This document shows positions 9,281-18,801 of a DNA stretch of 64,000 bases, one piece after another (positions within the stretch are counted from its first letter, which is position 1; every line of letters starts with the position of its first letter). The position numbers and the translations under genes were made by a program. The stretch comes from an uncultured virus (IMG/VR IMGVR_UViG_2540341072_000002) (taxonomy: Duplodnaviria; Heunggongvirae; Uroviricota; Caudoviricetes): IMG/VR virus record IMGVR_UViG_2540341072_000002; one strand, given 5' to 3'. The notes below the pieces were generated by a model, which ran no database searches, was not told the DNA's origin, and saw only the letters and a list, made by a program, of their open reading frames with translations.

Positions 9281-10177
9281 AGTAGGTTCCTCACTTTGAC
9301 AATTATTATATAAGCAAATAGTTTCGTAAACAAAAAGAAGCAAAAAGTTTCATAAAATATATCGGGAGAAACTAAAGGTTTCTTTAATTGTTAACAGTGT
9401 AGAAACAAACTGTTTACAGAAGGAGATGTTGATTTGAAAAAGAGAACCTTAGTTAAAGACAAGTTGCTGACTACCTTTCAAGGCTGAGATGGTCAGTAAA
9501 TACAAGGGTTATATATGAAGATATGATATAGTAATGTAAGTGGATAAGAATAAATTATGTCTTCGATTCCCTCGGATTCGTTATAAATACGATTATTTTT
9601 AATGAATGGTTATTCATTTTTAAATTGAAAAACAATTTATTTTTTAAAAATTAATTCTTGTGTTTGACCTGGAATTATGATAGCATTGGTGCAGACCTGC
9701 CCAAGTCATTAAATGCACGTATAATGTTCCTTATACACGCATTACAATACCAATATATGGGGGTATATTTACATCTAATGGTAAAATTAAGGGAACAGAT
9801 GTACCCATAGCACTTCCATTTCCACACCCTATCCAAATTTTCATTTTCCTAATTCCACCTCAAAATCACCCTTTTTCACATCGTAATCGCTATCGTAAAA
9901 GCCTTAAATATCAACATTTTCCCCTCTTCAAATTTACTCGATTTCTTCAATATTTAGATAAAGCAACCACTTTCCCCTACTCTCACTTATGTTTTACGAT
10001 CGTTTATCCCCTAATCACCATTCGATACAGCAAATCTCCTTATGTTTACTGGCTTTTTAAACTCTTTAATATTTTTTACGATAAGCATGTTTTTAGATTA
10101 CGATAATCCCCCCTTCTCTAAATGCTTCAGAATTCACCTCTTAACCTGGAGCTATTAACACACTAGCGAAAAAACAA

Positions 10178-10206
10178 TAGACAAATACAAATAATATGTA
10201 TATAAT
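10178..10206 (+). promoter_or_regulatory. sigma-A promoter of yonP-yonO with an ATACA-N7-TGTAT operator in the spacer
   Basis: TAGACA (10178-10183), 17 bp, TATAAT (10201-10206); operator at 10185-10201. Confidence 0.8.
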
Positions 10207-10232
10207 AAATCCATAAGTGAGGAGGTGAGATA

Positions 10233-10427
10233 ATGCAAAAGGATTCAGAGAAAGTAACGTACATGTTTAGTAATTTAATTGGATTTTTAGAGACTGCTAT
10301 TATTGAAGGAACTGCTTCACAAGAAGAAAACACTCTTTATGAGGACTATAAACTATTTGGAACAATCGATAAAAAGAGCTATACATATAAAAATCTTGTA
10401 CATAAGTATCTAAAAAGCGATTATTAA
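10233..10427 (+). CDS. yonP: Hypothetical protein, 64 aa
   Basis: GAGGAGGTG RBS, synteny. Confidence 0.8.
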   Translation: MQKDSEKVTYMFSNLIGFLETAIIEGTASQEENTLYEDYKLFGTIDKKSYTYKNLVHKYLKSDY

Positions 10428-10466
10428 ATCAAAAAATATGCATAAAAGTAATAAGGGGAGAATTTA

Positions 10467-12986
10467 TTGAAAGGAAAAAAAGACGGCCTAAATAAACAAG
10501 TACATATTTACAGTATTGACACTTCTGCTTTTTATAATGATCAAGAAAACAAATTACATAACAAGATTTTAAAATCATATAGGTACAGAGATCATCTCAG
10601 AAAACTTGAACATGTTGATAAAAAACATAAGAAGTACATAACGCAAAGGATTATTTCCTTAAAAGAAAAGCTTTATAACGCCTTTAACGATCATAATCAA
10701 ATAAGAACACTTAGAACAGATTCTCTGAAAGATAATAATGTGATTTCATTATTTGATTCAGTCTTAACTCGAACGCTGGGAATCAAAGAAAACTCTCTCT
10801 CTGAAGAGATCATGGTTGTCCAAACTTATCACTTTCAAATTTTAAGGGACATTATTGATAAAGGATTCATACATAACAATGAGAAATACGTTTATTTCAC
10901 TAGCAGTGCCGGTCAAATAAGAACAAAAAAATCTTGTTTTATCAAACAAAGCACCTTAGATAAGTATCAAAATGCTTTAACTTGTGGTCTTAGTGTGGAG
11001 CATATCAATGCTCAAGGTGGAAGCAGCATAAACAAATGGAATAGCTACATGGCCTTATCGAATAGCGCCAGCAGTTCATGGGAAATTGATATTGATAAAG
11101 CAATTGTCGTAAATGACTTAGAAACAAATGTTTCCAGCCTAGTTGATTATATTGACCGGGATACATATGAAATCACACGTAAGATTATGGATATTCCTAT
11201 AGAACATACAGATGGTTGTGGAATGATGCTCCCTAGTTTGAGTCAGAAAAGCTTTATGGTCAGATTACCTTGGGTTAAGGGTCTACTTGTTCCATTTGAC
11301 TTTAGAAAGTTTGCTGAAAAACACAGTTCATTTATAGTTAAAGACGTCTACGGTAAAGAATGGGACATTATTAAAGATGATATCCAAATAATTTTTACGA
11401 AAAGCCAGTTTAAGATGTGGAAGTACTATGATTCTTGGGATGATTATCGCTATAAATTTAAAAAGTATGGATGTTTAGGAGCTAAATTAAATGAAGAAGA
11501 TCCATCTGTTGAGGGAAAACTGACTTACCAGATGCTACAAACACTCACGGATATCACAGATGAGGAATTGAAACAAATCAGCTCAAAGACTGTTAGTGAG
11601 ATTACTCAATTAGGCACTGATAAAGAAACAATGATGAAAGTTTTAGGGGCTACCGAGAAAAATAAACATAAGACAAGCCTTCAAGAAGCTCTACTAATAT
11701 ATCCTGAGCTGCTAAATGATGATCACACCAAAGAAATCATTAAGAATAAGAAGAAGAGTATGATTAAGGACGCCAAATCAGGAAAATTACTTGTCAGTGA
11801 CGCCCGGTATACATATTTATGTCCTGACCTATATGCTTTTTGTGAAAGATTGTTTCTTGGAATTGAGAGTCCAAAAGGACTACTTTCAGGAAGCGATGTC
11901 CATTGTTCTTTATATGATGAAGGGTATATTGATATCCTCCGCTCCCCTCACCTATTCAGAGAGCATGGTGTTAGGTGGAACAAGAAAAATGAGGAATATG
12001 AAAAGTGGTTCATTACCCCAGGTGTTTATACCAGCATTCATGATCCGATATCCAAGCTGCTGCAGTTTGACAATGACGGGGATAAGGCCTTAATTATTTC
12101 TGATGAGCTAATCGTCAATATTGCCAAGCGTAATATGGCGGACATCGTTCCTTTGTATTATGAAATGTCTGTAGCCCAGAAACAAGAGATTAATAGCAGA
12201 AACATCTATGAAGCACTAACTCTTGCTTATGGAATCAATATCGGGGAGTACAGTAACAACATCACTAAGATATGGAACAGTGACAATATAAACCTGGACG
12301 TGATCAAATGGTTATGCATGGAGAATAACTTTACTATCGATTTTGCAAAAACCTTATTCATGCCCACCCGCCCTGATCACGTTGATGAGAAAATCAAAGA
12401 TTACATAAAAAATAAAGTGCCCCACTTCTTCATCAATGCAAAGGATAAAGAAGAACATAGCGTAGAATCGATTAATGAAAGTACAGTAAATAAGTTAGAC
12501 TCCATTATCCCTTCTGACCGAATCAACTTTGCTGCAGTTGCAGGAAAATTTGATTACCGCTTCTTACTCAAAAACAAAGAGATTAAACTTAATGAAGCCG
12601 TAATAAATGAATATAAACGTCTTGATCGAAATAAAAAATGGCTTATGAATGATGAAGAAGCTAAACCAGGACAAAAACTTTATGTCTATAAGATTATCAA
12701 ACAAAAACTATTGGAAATACATAATGATGACGGATTTATTACAGATGTATTGGTAAAACATCTATATAAGAAAAAAAGTAAATACAAATCGACACTGTGG
12801 GAGTGCTTTGGCGATATTGTACTGGAGAACATTAAGCATAATTTAAAGACCTTTAAAGGATGCTGTATTTGTGGAAAAGCTTTTAAGCCAACATCTAACA
12901 AAGCGAAGTACTGTCAGTCTTGTGGAAAGAAAAAAGAACGTGACAAATACAAAAAATATAACAAAAAGAGAATTAACCACCGTTAG
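10467..12986 (+). CDS. yonO: Single-subunit DNA-dependent RNA polymerase YonO (late-gene transcription)
   Basis: 839 aa; catalytic DNDGD (DxDGD) motif, TDGCG and RSPH motifs, C-terminal zinc ribbon. Confidence 0.95.
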
Positions 12987-13229
12987 AAAGTGCCTTGAGC
13001 CTTACTCCCCCAAGGTGTACAGCGATTTTACCGAAAAAAACTTCAACAAAAAAGTGTCTTTATCCCTTGGTGCTACTGGGTTGAGAGCACTTTTGGAGAT
13101 AATCGTCATAAGGGAGACAGAAAGCTAATTTCCACATAAAAGGGCTAGTACGTTTCCCCCGTCTATATAAAAGACAATCTTTATTGTTCATTTAGAATAA
13201 ATTTAATAATACTTAGGAGGAAATTGATT

Positions 13230-13508
13230 ATGAATAAAACAGAACTAATCGCTAAAGTGGCAGAAAAACAAGGGGTATCTAAAAAAGAAGGAGCTCCCAG
13301 TGTCGAAAAAGTCTTTGACACTATTTCAGAGGCATTAAAAAGTGGAGAAAAAGTAAGTATTCCTGGTTTCGGAACATTTGAAGTTCGTGAACGCGCAGCT
13401 CGTAAAGGGAGAAATCCCCAGACAGGAGAGGAAATTGATATTCCGGCTACAAAAGCACCTGCATTTAAGCCAGCAAAAGCACTTAAAGACGCAGTCAAAG
13501 CTAAATAA
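13230..13508 (+). CDS. yonN: HU-family DNA-binding protein, 92 aa
   Basis: [13 protein letters not shown]...[26 protein letters not shown] signature. Confidence 0.95.
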   Translation: MNKTELIAKVAEKQGVSKKEGAPSVEKVFDTISEALKSGEKVSIPGFGTFEVRERAARKGRNPQTGEEIDIPATKAPAFKPAKALKDAVKAK

Positions 13509-13514
13509 TCAGTT

Positions 13515-15155
13515 AATGAGGACGACAGGAAAGGCTACCTGCACGCTTTGTCACAAAGAGCTTATGCTCCTAAAAGTGGCAGAGTTGGAAGTTATGGAGG
13601 AAATTGTCGACCTCCCCTCTTTTCGCTTTTCATCTTCAACTCCGGGTTAATTAATTATAGTTATTTATTTATGGCATGGGGGTGCCGTCAATAATTAGTT
13701 GATTACTGATATTTGGGATATCAGTTCTCGACTAATGTTCATTTATGAAGGTAAAGACTAATCTAAATGAATATTAGTGGAGATTCCTCTCCAGTGTGAA
13801 CTAGCTTTTCTCGATTAAACAATATCTACTCCCTTCTTTTCTGTATCATTCTGACACAAAACTGCGGCTGGTCATTGCAGTTAGTCGGATAATAGTCATT
13901 TATGAGGGTGCGAGGTTAACTCGGATGTCTGTATCTTCAGGAGACAGATAAATGGCTATTATCGGGCTAAACATGTCGGTAAGACCTTTGCTACTCAAGT
14001 TTTTTATGTAGGGTGAATCCCATCACAGTCTTACTATGGGTGACATGTATCCCTGAATATTAATTGCGGTGTACTGCTTCGGCTTACACTTAGGGAATGT
14101 AGATGCGTCTCCCTTCCCTTTAAATAATGCCCTTGTAAGCTTCGATGCTTATTATGCGGTCAACAAAATTTTTCCGGGTAAACGAGGCTTTGAAATTACA
14201 TACCCTCGTAAAATAAGTGATATGGTTTTGGGCGCTTGATCACCGCTGTCATTTCACAGAAAAGGATTATTTTCGGTCTTGCCTTTTCCTTTCACTTAGT
14301 AACATATTCGCTACTTTTCCTTCAAGAAACTTACCTTTCCCATGCACATACCTCCTTACACGGGTCAGAGAAAACTGTGCAAAATAAATGGCGAGAGTTT
14401 GAGACGCTTTGTTTCTCAATAAGGCGTGTAACCTGACAAGAGAGACTGAAAACGCCATTGAGAAGGCTTATAATGGGTCTTTCCTTCTCATTATTGGTGT
14501 TTCGCCACCATAATGTGTCGAGGTTTAGAGTTAGTATTTCATTGTCTGATCGAGAGTAGCCGATTAATCCCGCGTGGGGGACACTAAAGATACCGCGATA
14601 CGTCCAGCTTTGGGATTCCTTCCATTGCCGCTACTAATCAAGGCTTCACTGTGAATTCAGAGATTTTACACAGTTCTTAAATGAATTAGCTCATCTGCCA
14701 TGTGCAGAAGGAGAATCAGTTTTCGCACAGCGATTACCGGTTTATATGCTCATGTACCATGATGTACAAGGAGTTCCTGAAGACGTTATTTTGGCGTCTT
14801 TTGATATTTCGACTTACTTATAGTTTGTCAACTGCAAAGGTTTCAGTCGCTGAACCCGTAATCAGCGTAATCCCTGTCGATCTGAAGGCTTGCGTCCCAA
14901 CGTGAGCTAATGACGTAGGTGAAACGGGGTTAGAATGTAATCAGAACAAGGTCATCTAAATCGTTAGAAGGCCTTTTTGTGCTTGCGTTTTACTGATCAG
15001 CCGGAATGTGTTTACGAGCCTTCCGGTACGCAAGTTATCAATAATCTCCTTCGGGCGTTTCCCCAACGCCTATCCGACTTATCTTTCATCTCCTTTATAT
15101 CCCCTTCTCGGACGTTACCGATGCTTCGGATCATCGGGCTTCCGAAGGAGCTTAT
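13515..15155 (+). ncRNA. Putative long structured non-coding RNA region (strand and ends inferred)
   Basis: No credible ORF; more than 20 consecutive stem-loops, several with G-U pairs that work on the + strand, and UUCG-containing loops; see findings. Confidence 0.55.
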
Positions 15156-15189
15156 TGTACGTAAATAGAAAATTATTGGAGGAATTTAA

Positions 15190-15381
15190 ATGGCAAGCAA
15201 AAAAGTACATCAAATTAATGTTAAAGGCTTTTTTGATATGGACGTAATGGAAGTTACTGAACAAACTAAAGAAGCTGAATACACATATGATTTCAAAGAA
15301 ATTCTTTCAGAGTTTAATGGAAAAAATGTTTCAATTACTGTAAAAGAAGAAAATGAACTTCCTGTTAAAGGCGTTGAGTAA
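15190..15381 (+). CDS. yonK: Small conserved phage protein YonK, 63 aa
   Basis: GGAGG RBS, synteny. Confidence 0.85.
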   Translation: MASKKVHQINVKGFFDMDVMEVTEQTKEAEYTYDFKEILSEFNGKNVSITVKEENELPVKGVE

Positions 15382-15397
15382 GGAGATGACTGACTGA

Positions 15398-16615
15398 ATG
15401 ATCGATCCTGTTCAAACTAAGCGTCACTCAGATGAAAACCTTAAAGAATGGAAAATAAGAATCTGCTCTAATAAAGACATTTATAATCTAAACTGGGAAG
15501 AAATCAAAGAGTTAATCAACAAGGAAACTGGTGAATCTAAAGGTGAATCAGCTTATAGAAAATGGTTCAACAACTTCATTGAAGGAGTTGAATACCAACG
15601 AGAAAGGTCAGATGAATCAAATAATTCTCTCCTTGAATTGGAACTGAAAAAGGTTGAAATCATGGAAGAGAGAAAAAAGCTTCAAGCTGTAAAGCATGAA
15701 ATACATAAAAACACACGCGTCAAAGGCCGAACAGAGCTGCTATATGAAAATGTAACTGAAGCAATTGAGAAAGTAGGTACTCTCCCTCCCCCTTCCTTCT
15801 ATCCATTAAATAAGAACGAAAGAAAAAGAGCTGCTGTTCTAGGGTTTGGAGATGAACACTTCGGGAAGCAATTTAAAAGCAACAACAATGAATACAACGA
15901 ACAGATTTATTTGCAGCGTATGAATCAGATTCTTTCTGAAACTGTTGAGTACATTCAAAAAGAAAATTTAGATGAGCTGGTCGTGTTAAATGGTGCTGAC
16001 AGTGTTGAAGGTATGGCATTGCGCGTATCGCAATTAACTGCCCTTCAGTACGGGTTTATTGACCAAGTGATAAAATACTCTAGGTACAAAGCTGAATGGC
16101 TTTTAGAACTTTCTAAGCACGTCAAAATTAAGTACATACATATCCCTTCTGCAAATCATACTGAACTAAGATTACATAATACAAATCGCTCGGAAATGCC
16201 TAAAGAAGATGTAGAGCGTATTATAGCTACTTATATCCATGACGTACTCAAAGACAATGAGCGAATTGAAGTTCCTTTATACGACGAAGGAATTGTGGAT
16301 TTTAAATTACTTGAATTTGAAATTGTCGCATGTCACGGACACCAGATTAAAAACAAAAAGAATGCCATTCGTGACATCTCACAGATGAAACGAAAATTCT
16401 ACGATTACATGTACATCTCCCACTTCCACCACGGAAACATGCTCACTGTAGGTGAAGCAGCCACTCATAATATCCAAGTTATACAACTCCCTTCTGTAAT
16501 GGGTTCCGATGAATACAGTGACAGCTTAATGACAGGTGCCAAAGCTGGAGCAAACCTTTCAATTTATGAGTCCGGTAAAGGTCGGATTATTCAATACGAT
16601 TACATATTAAATTAA
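15398..16615 (+). CDS. yonJ: Calcineurin-like metallophosphoesterase with N-terminal helical/HTH region, 405 aa
   Basis: GDEHFG, GADSVEG, ANH, HGH and SHFH metal-binding motifs. Confidence 0.85.
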   Translation: MIDPVQTKRHSDENLKEWKIRICSNKDIYNLNWEEIKELINKETGESKGESAYRKWFNNFIEGVEYQRERSDESNNSLLELELKKVEIMEERKKLQAVKHEIHKNTRVKGRTELLYENVTEAIEKVGTLPPPSFYPLNKNERKRAAVLGFGDEHFGKQFKSNNNEYNEQIYLQRMNQILSETVEYIQKENLDELVVLNGADSVEGMALRVSQLTALQYGFIDQVIKYSRYKAEWLLELSKHVKIKYIHIPSANHTELRLHNTNRSEMPKEDVERIIATYIHDVLKDNERIEVPLYDEGIVDFKLLEFEIVACHGHQIKNKKNAIRDISQMKRKFYDYMYISHFHHGNMLTVGEAATHNIQVIQLPSVMGSDEYSDSLMTGAKAGANLSIYESGKGRIIQYDYILN

Positions 16616-16640
16616 AGAAGGCTCCTATTAGGCCTTCTTT
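16614..16640. terminator. Bidirectional terminator between yonJ and yonI
   Basis: AAAGAAGGC-TCCTATTAG-GCCTTCTTT between convergent genes. Confidence 0.7.
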
Positions 16641-16648
16641 AATTAGGT

Positions 16649-17059
16649 TTATCTTGTAAATCCCTCTAAGTCTTTAACGTGAGTAGATACATCTTTTATA
16701 AAGTCAATTGTTTCAGGCGAATCATTCAAGTAATCAACTGTCAATAATTCCTTTTCTTTAATCTCACTGATGAGATTTCTAATAACATTTTGAAGCTCAG
16801 TTTTTTTATCTGTAATGAAATAATACTTAACTCGATTACCCTCACGTGAAATTCCTAATCGATCAACTGGCTGTGTAGATAATTTATTTAATACACCTCG
16901 AAGAACTCCATTTCTATATTCACCATTCTTAACAAGTTCAGGTATCTTTTTTGCTAGTTCTTCAAGCAGCTCTTTTTCTGTAAGAGGGTGTTTTGAACCC
17001 TTTAAAATCACTGGTATATTTTTACGTACAAGATCTGATAATGTAACTTTGTTTTCCAT
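16649..17059 (-). CDS. yonI: Hypothetical, possibly winged-helix protein, 136 aa
   Basis: Opposite strand to the late operon; own promoter (minus strand TTGACA 17126-17121, TACACT 17102-17097). Confidence 0.75.
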   Translation of the reverse strand: MENKVTLSDLVRKNIPVILKGSKHPLTEKELLEELAKKIPELVKNGEYRNGVLRGVLNKLSTQPVDRLGISREGNRVKYYFITDKKTELQNVIRNLISEIKEKELLTVDYLNDSPETIDFIKDVSTHVKDLEGFTR

Positions 17060-17277
17060 AACGTGATCTCCCCTTTAGATATCGTAATACATAAATAGTG
17101 TAATCCACTTTTTTATCAGATGTCAACATCCAATAGTGGATTTTTAAACCTAAAGTTAAACTATTAATCTTTTTTTGATAAAACTTTAATTTTATTTAGA
17201 TTGGAGTCGCATTAATGGTTGACTGCAAAAAGGTTTATTAAAGTAATACAAAAAAACGATTGAGGATGAAGAAGAAA

Positions 17278-17778
17278 ATGACGAATGAAGACTTTAAATA
17301 TCTGAATAAGCACTTAGAAACACTTGCCCAACTCAAGCAGTCTGGATACAAATGTGATAAAGAGATATCTACTGTTATTAGTAAATTACATAAACTAATG
17401 GGACTTGCATCAAAATCAAAAGTTAATTTTTACACTTTAGGTAGCAATGTTGAAAACGAAAACATTGCTGATTATAAAATAGGCGTAGATTCTCCAAAAG
17501 GAAATAGGTTGTTAATCGTTGATCCCCGGACAGATTGTACAACAGTTTTACTTGTTAATGTTAAAGACTCCAAATTTGAAAATATTAAAAGAAGAATAGC
17601 TTCTCAGACATTCGGATATCAAGCAGACCTATTGGTTCAGATTTTAAAAGAAAAACGCCCTGACAAACTGTTGATTGATACATGTGGAATTGGTAAAGGG
17701 TTAATGGACATGGTGATTGAAAAGTTAAAAACACAAGATATCGAAATGTCTCCCAGTGGTGATTTGACCTATAGTTAA
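17278..17778 (+). CDS. yonH: Terminase nuclease-domain-like protein, 166 aa
   Basis: IGVD...[14 protein letters not shown] resembles the YonF segment [14 protein letters not shown]; start could be 17266. Confidence 0.7.
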
Positions 17779-17880
17779 GCACCTTTTTAGAACGCCCAGC
17801 GAAGATTGCGGTACTCCCCTTCCGCTCTATTGCTGGGCGTTTCGTAAAATGTGTTTACATAAACTTTATGGAGGTGAAAT

Positions 17881-18801
17881 ATGTCTGCTGAAAAAATAAA
17901 ATGCTCATGCTGCGGCAAAGAACAAAATGCCAATCAATATTATATATCGGAATCTCCTTTCAATTCTGCAACAGGCAAACTGTCAGTATGTAAGAGCTGT
18001 CTCCAAAATGAATTCCAAAAAGACAAAGATAACTTAAAGAATGTTCAAAACATCTTAAGAATGATTGACCGTCCTTTTGTTTACGACTTGTGGGTTTCCG
18101 CTGTTAATGAATCAGAGTCCAAGAAAAAATCAGCTGGAAATGTGTTAGGTACTTATATGAAAAATATCGGAATGAAAGATTACAAGTCAAAAACTTGGGC
18201 AGACAGTGAGTTTGACTTTGAAGAAGAACAAGAATATACAACACAATTGTTACTAGCTAAAAGTACAGAAGATATATCTAAGGAAGACATAGATGAATTA
18301 ATGCAATTCTGGGGTCGTGGTCTTGATGTTGAAGATTATATTTGGCTTCAGAATGAGTACATTGACTTCACGAATAGGTATGAATGCGACTCTAAGGGAA
18401 TGGAACTTCTTATAAATGAAATATGTTTGACTCGGCTAGATATACGCAAACGGCGTGAAAATGGTGAAAAAGTCGATCAGCAGCAAAAAACTCTTCAAGA
18501 TTTACTTGGGTCAAGTAATTTAAAACCCGTTCAAGAAACTGGAGCAAGTGGAGTTGAACAAGAGTCTTTTGGCACTCTGATCAAAAAATATGAGAATGAG
18601 AGACCTATTCCTGAGCCAGAGCCTAGATGGAAAGATCCTGATAAAATCGGGAAATACATTAAGGTATTTTTCCTTGGGCATCTGTCTCGAATGCTTGGTT
18701 TGAAAAATCAATATTCAGAGGAATATTGGGAAGAAATGAATAAGCATACTGTTGAAGAACCTGTTGCAGAAGAAGAGGATCGAGAAAATGACCTCACATA
18801 A
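17881..18801 (+). CDS. yonG: Zinc-finger protein, probable terminase small subunit, 306 aa
   Basis: CSCC...CKSC N-terminal zinc motif; overlaps the terminase large subunit gene. Confidence 0.7.

Noticed and set aside
14311..14357. Minus-strand AAGGAGG followed by the 10-codon ORF MGKVSFLKEK
   Set aside because: Too short to support without ribosome profiling; kept only as an alternative reading of one CU-rich tract.
13515..15155. tRNA genes, CRISPR array, group I/II intron or hammerhead ribozyme in the structured interval
   Set aside because: By eye I found no cloverleaf with a T-loop GTTCGA, no equal-length direct repeats, no intron consensus elements and no CTGATGA hammerhead core.
13378..15247. 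ORF-track calls of 63-90 aa overlapping the yonN-yonK interval
   Set aside because: No good RBS/start pairs, atypical composition and mutual overlap; structured RNA explains the region better.
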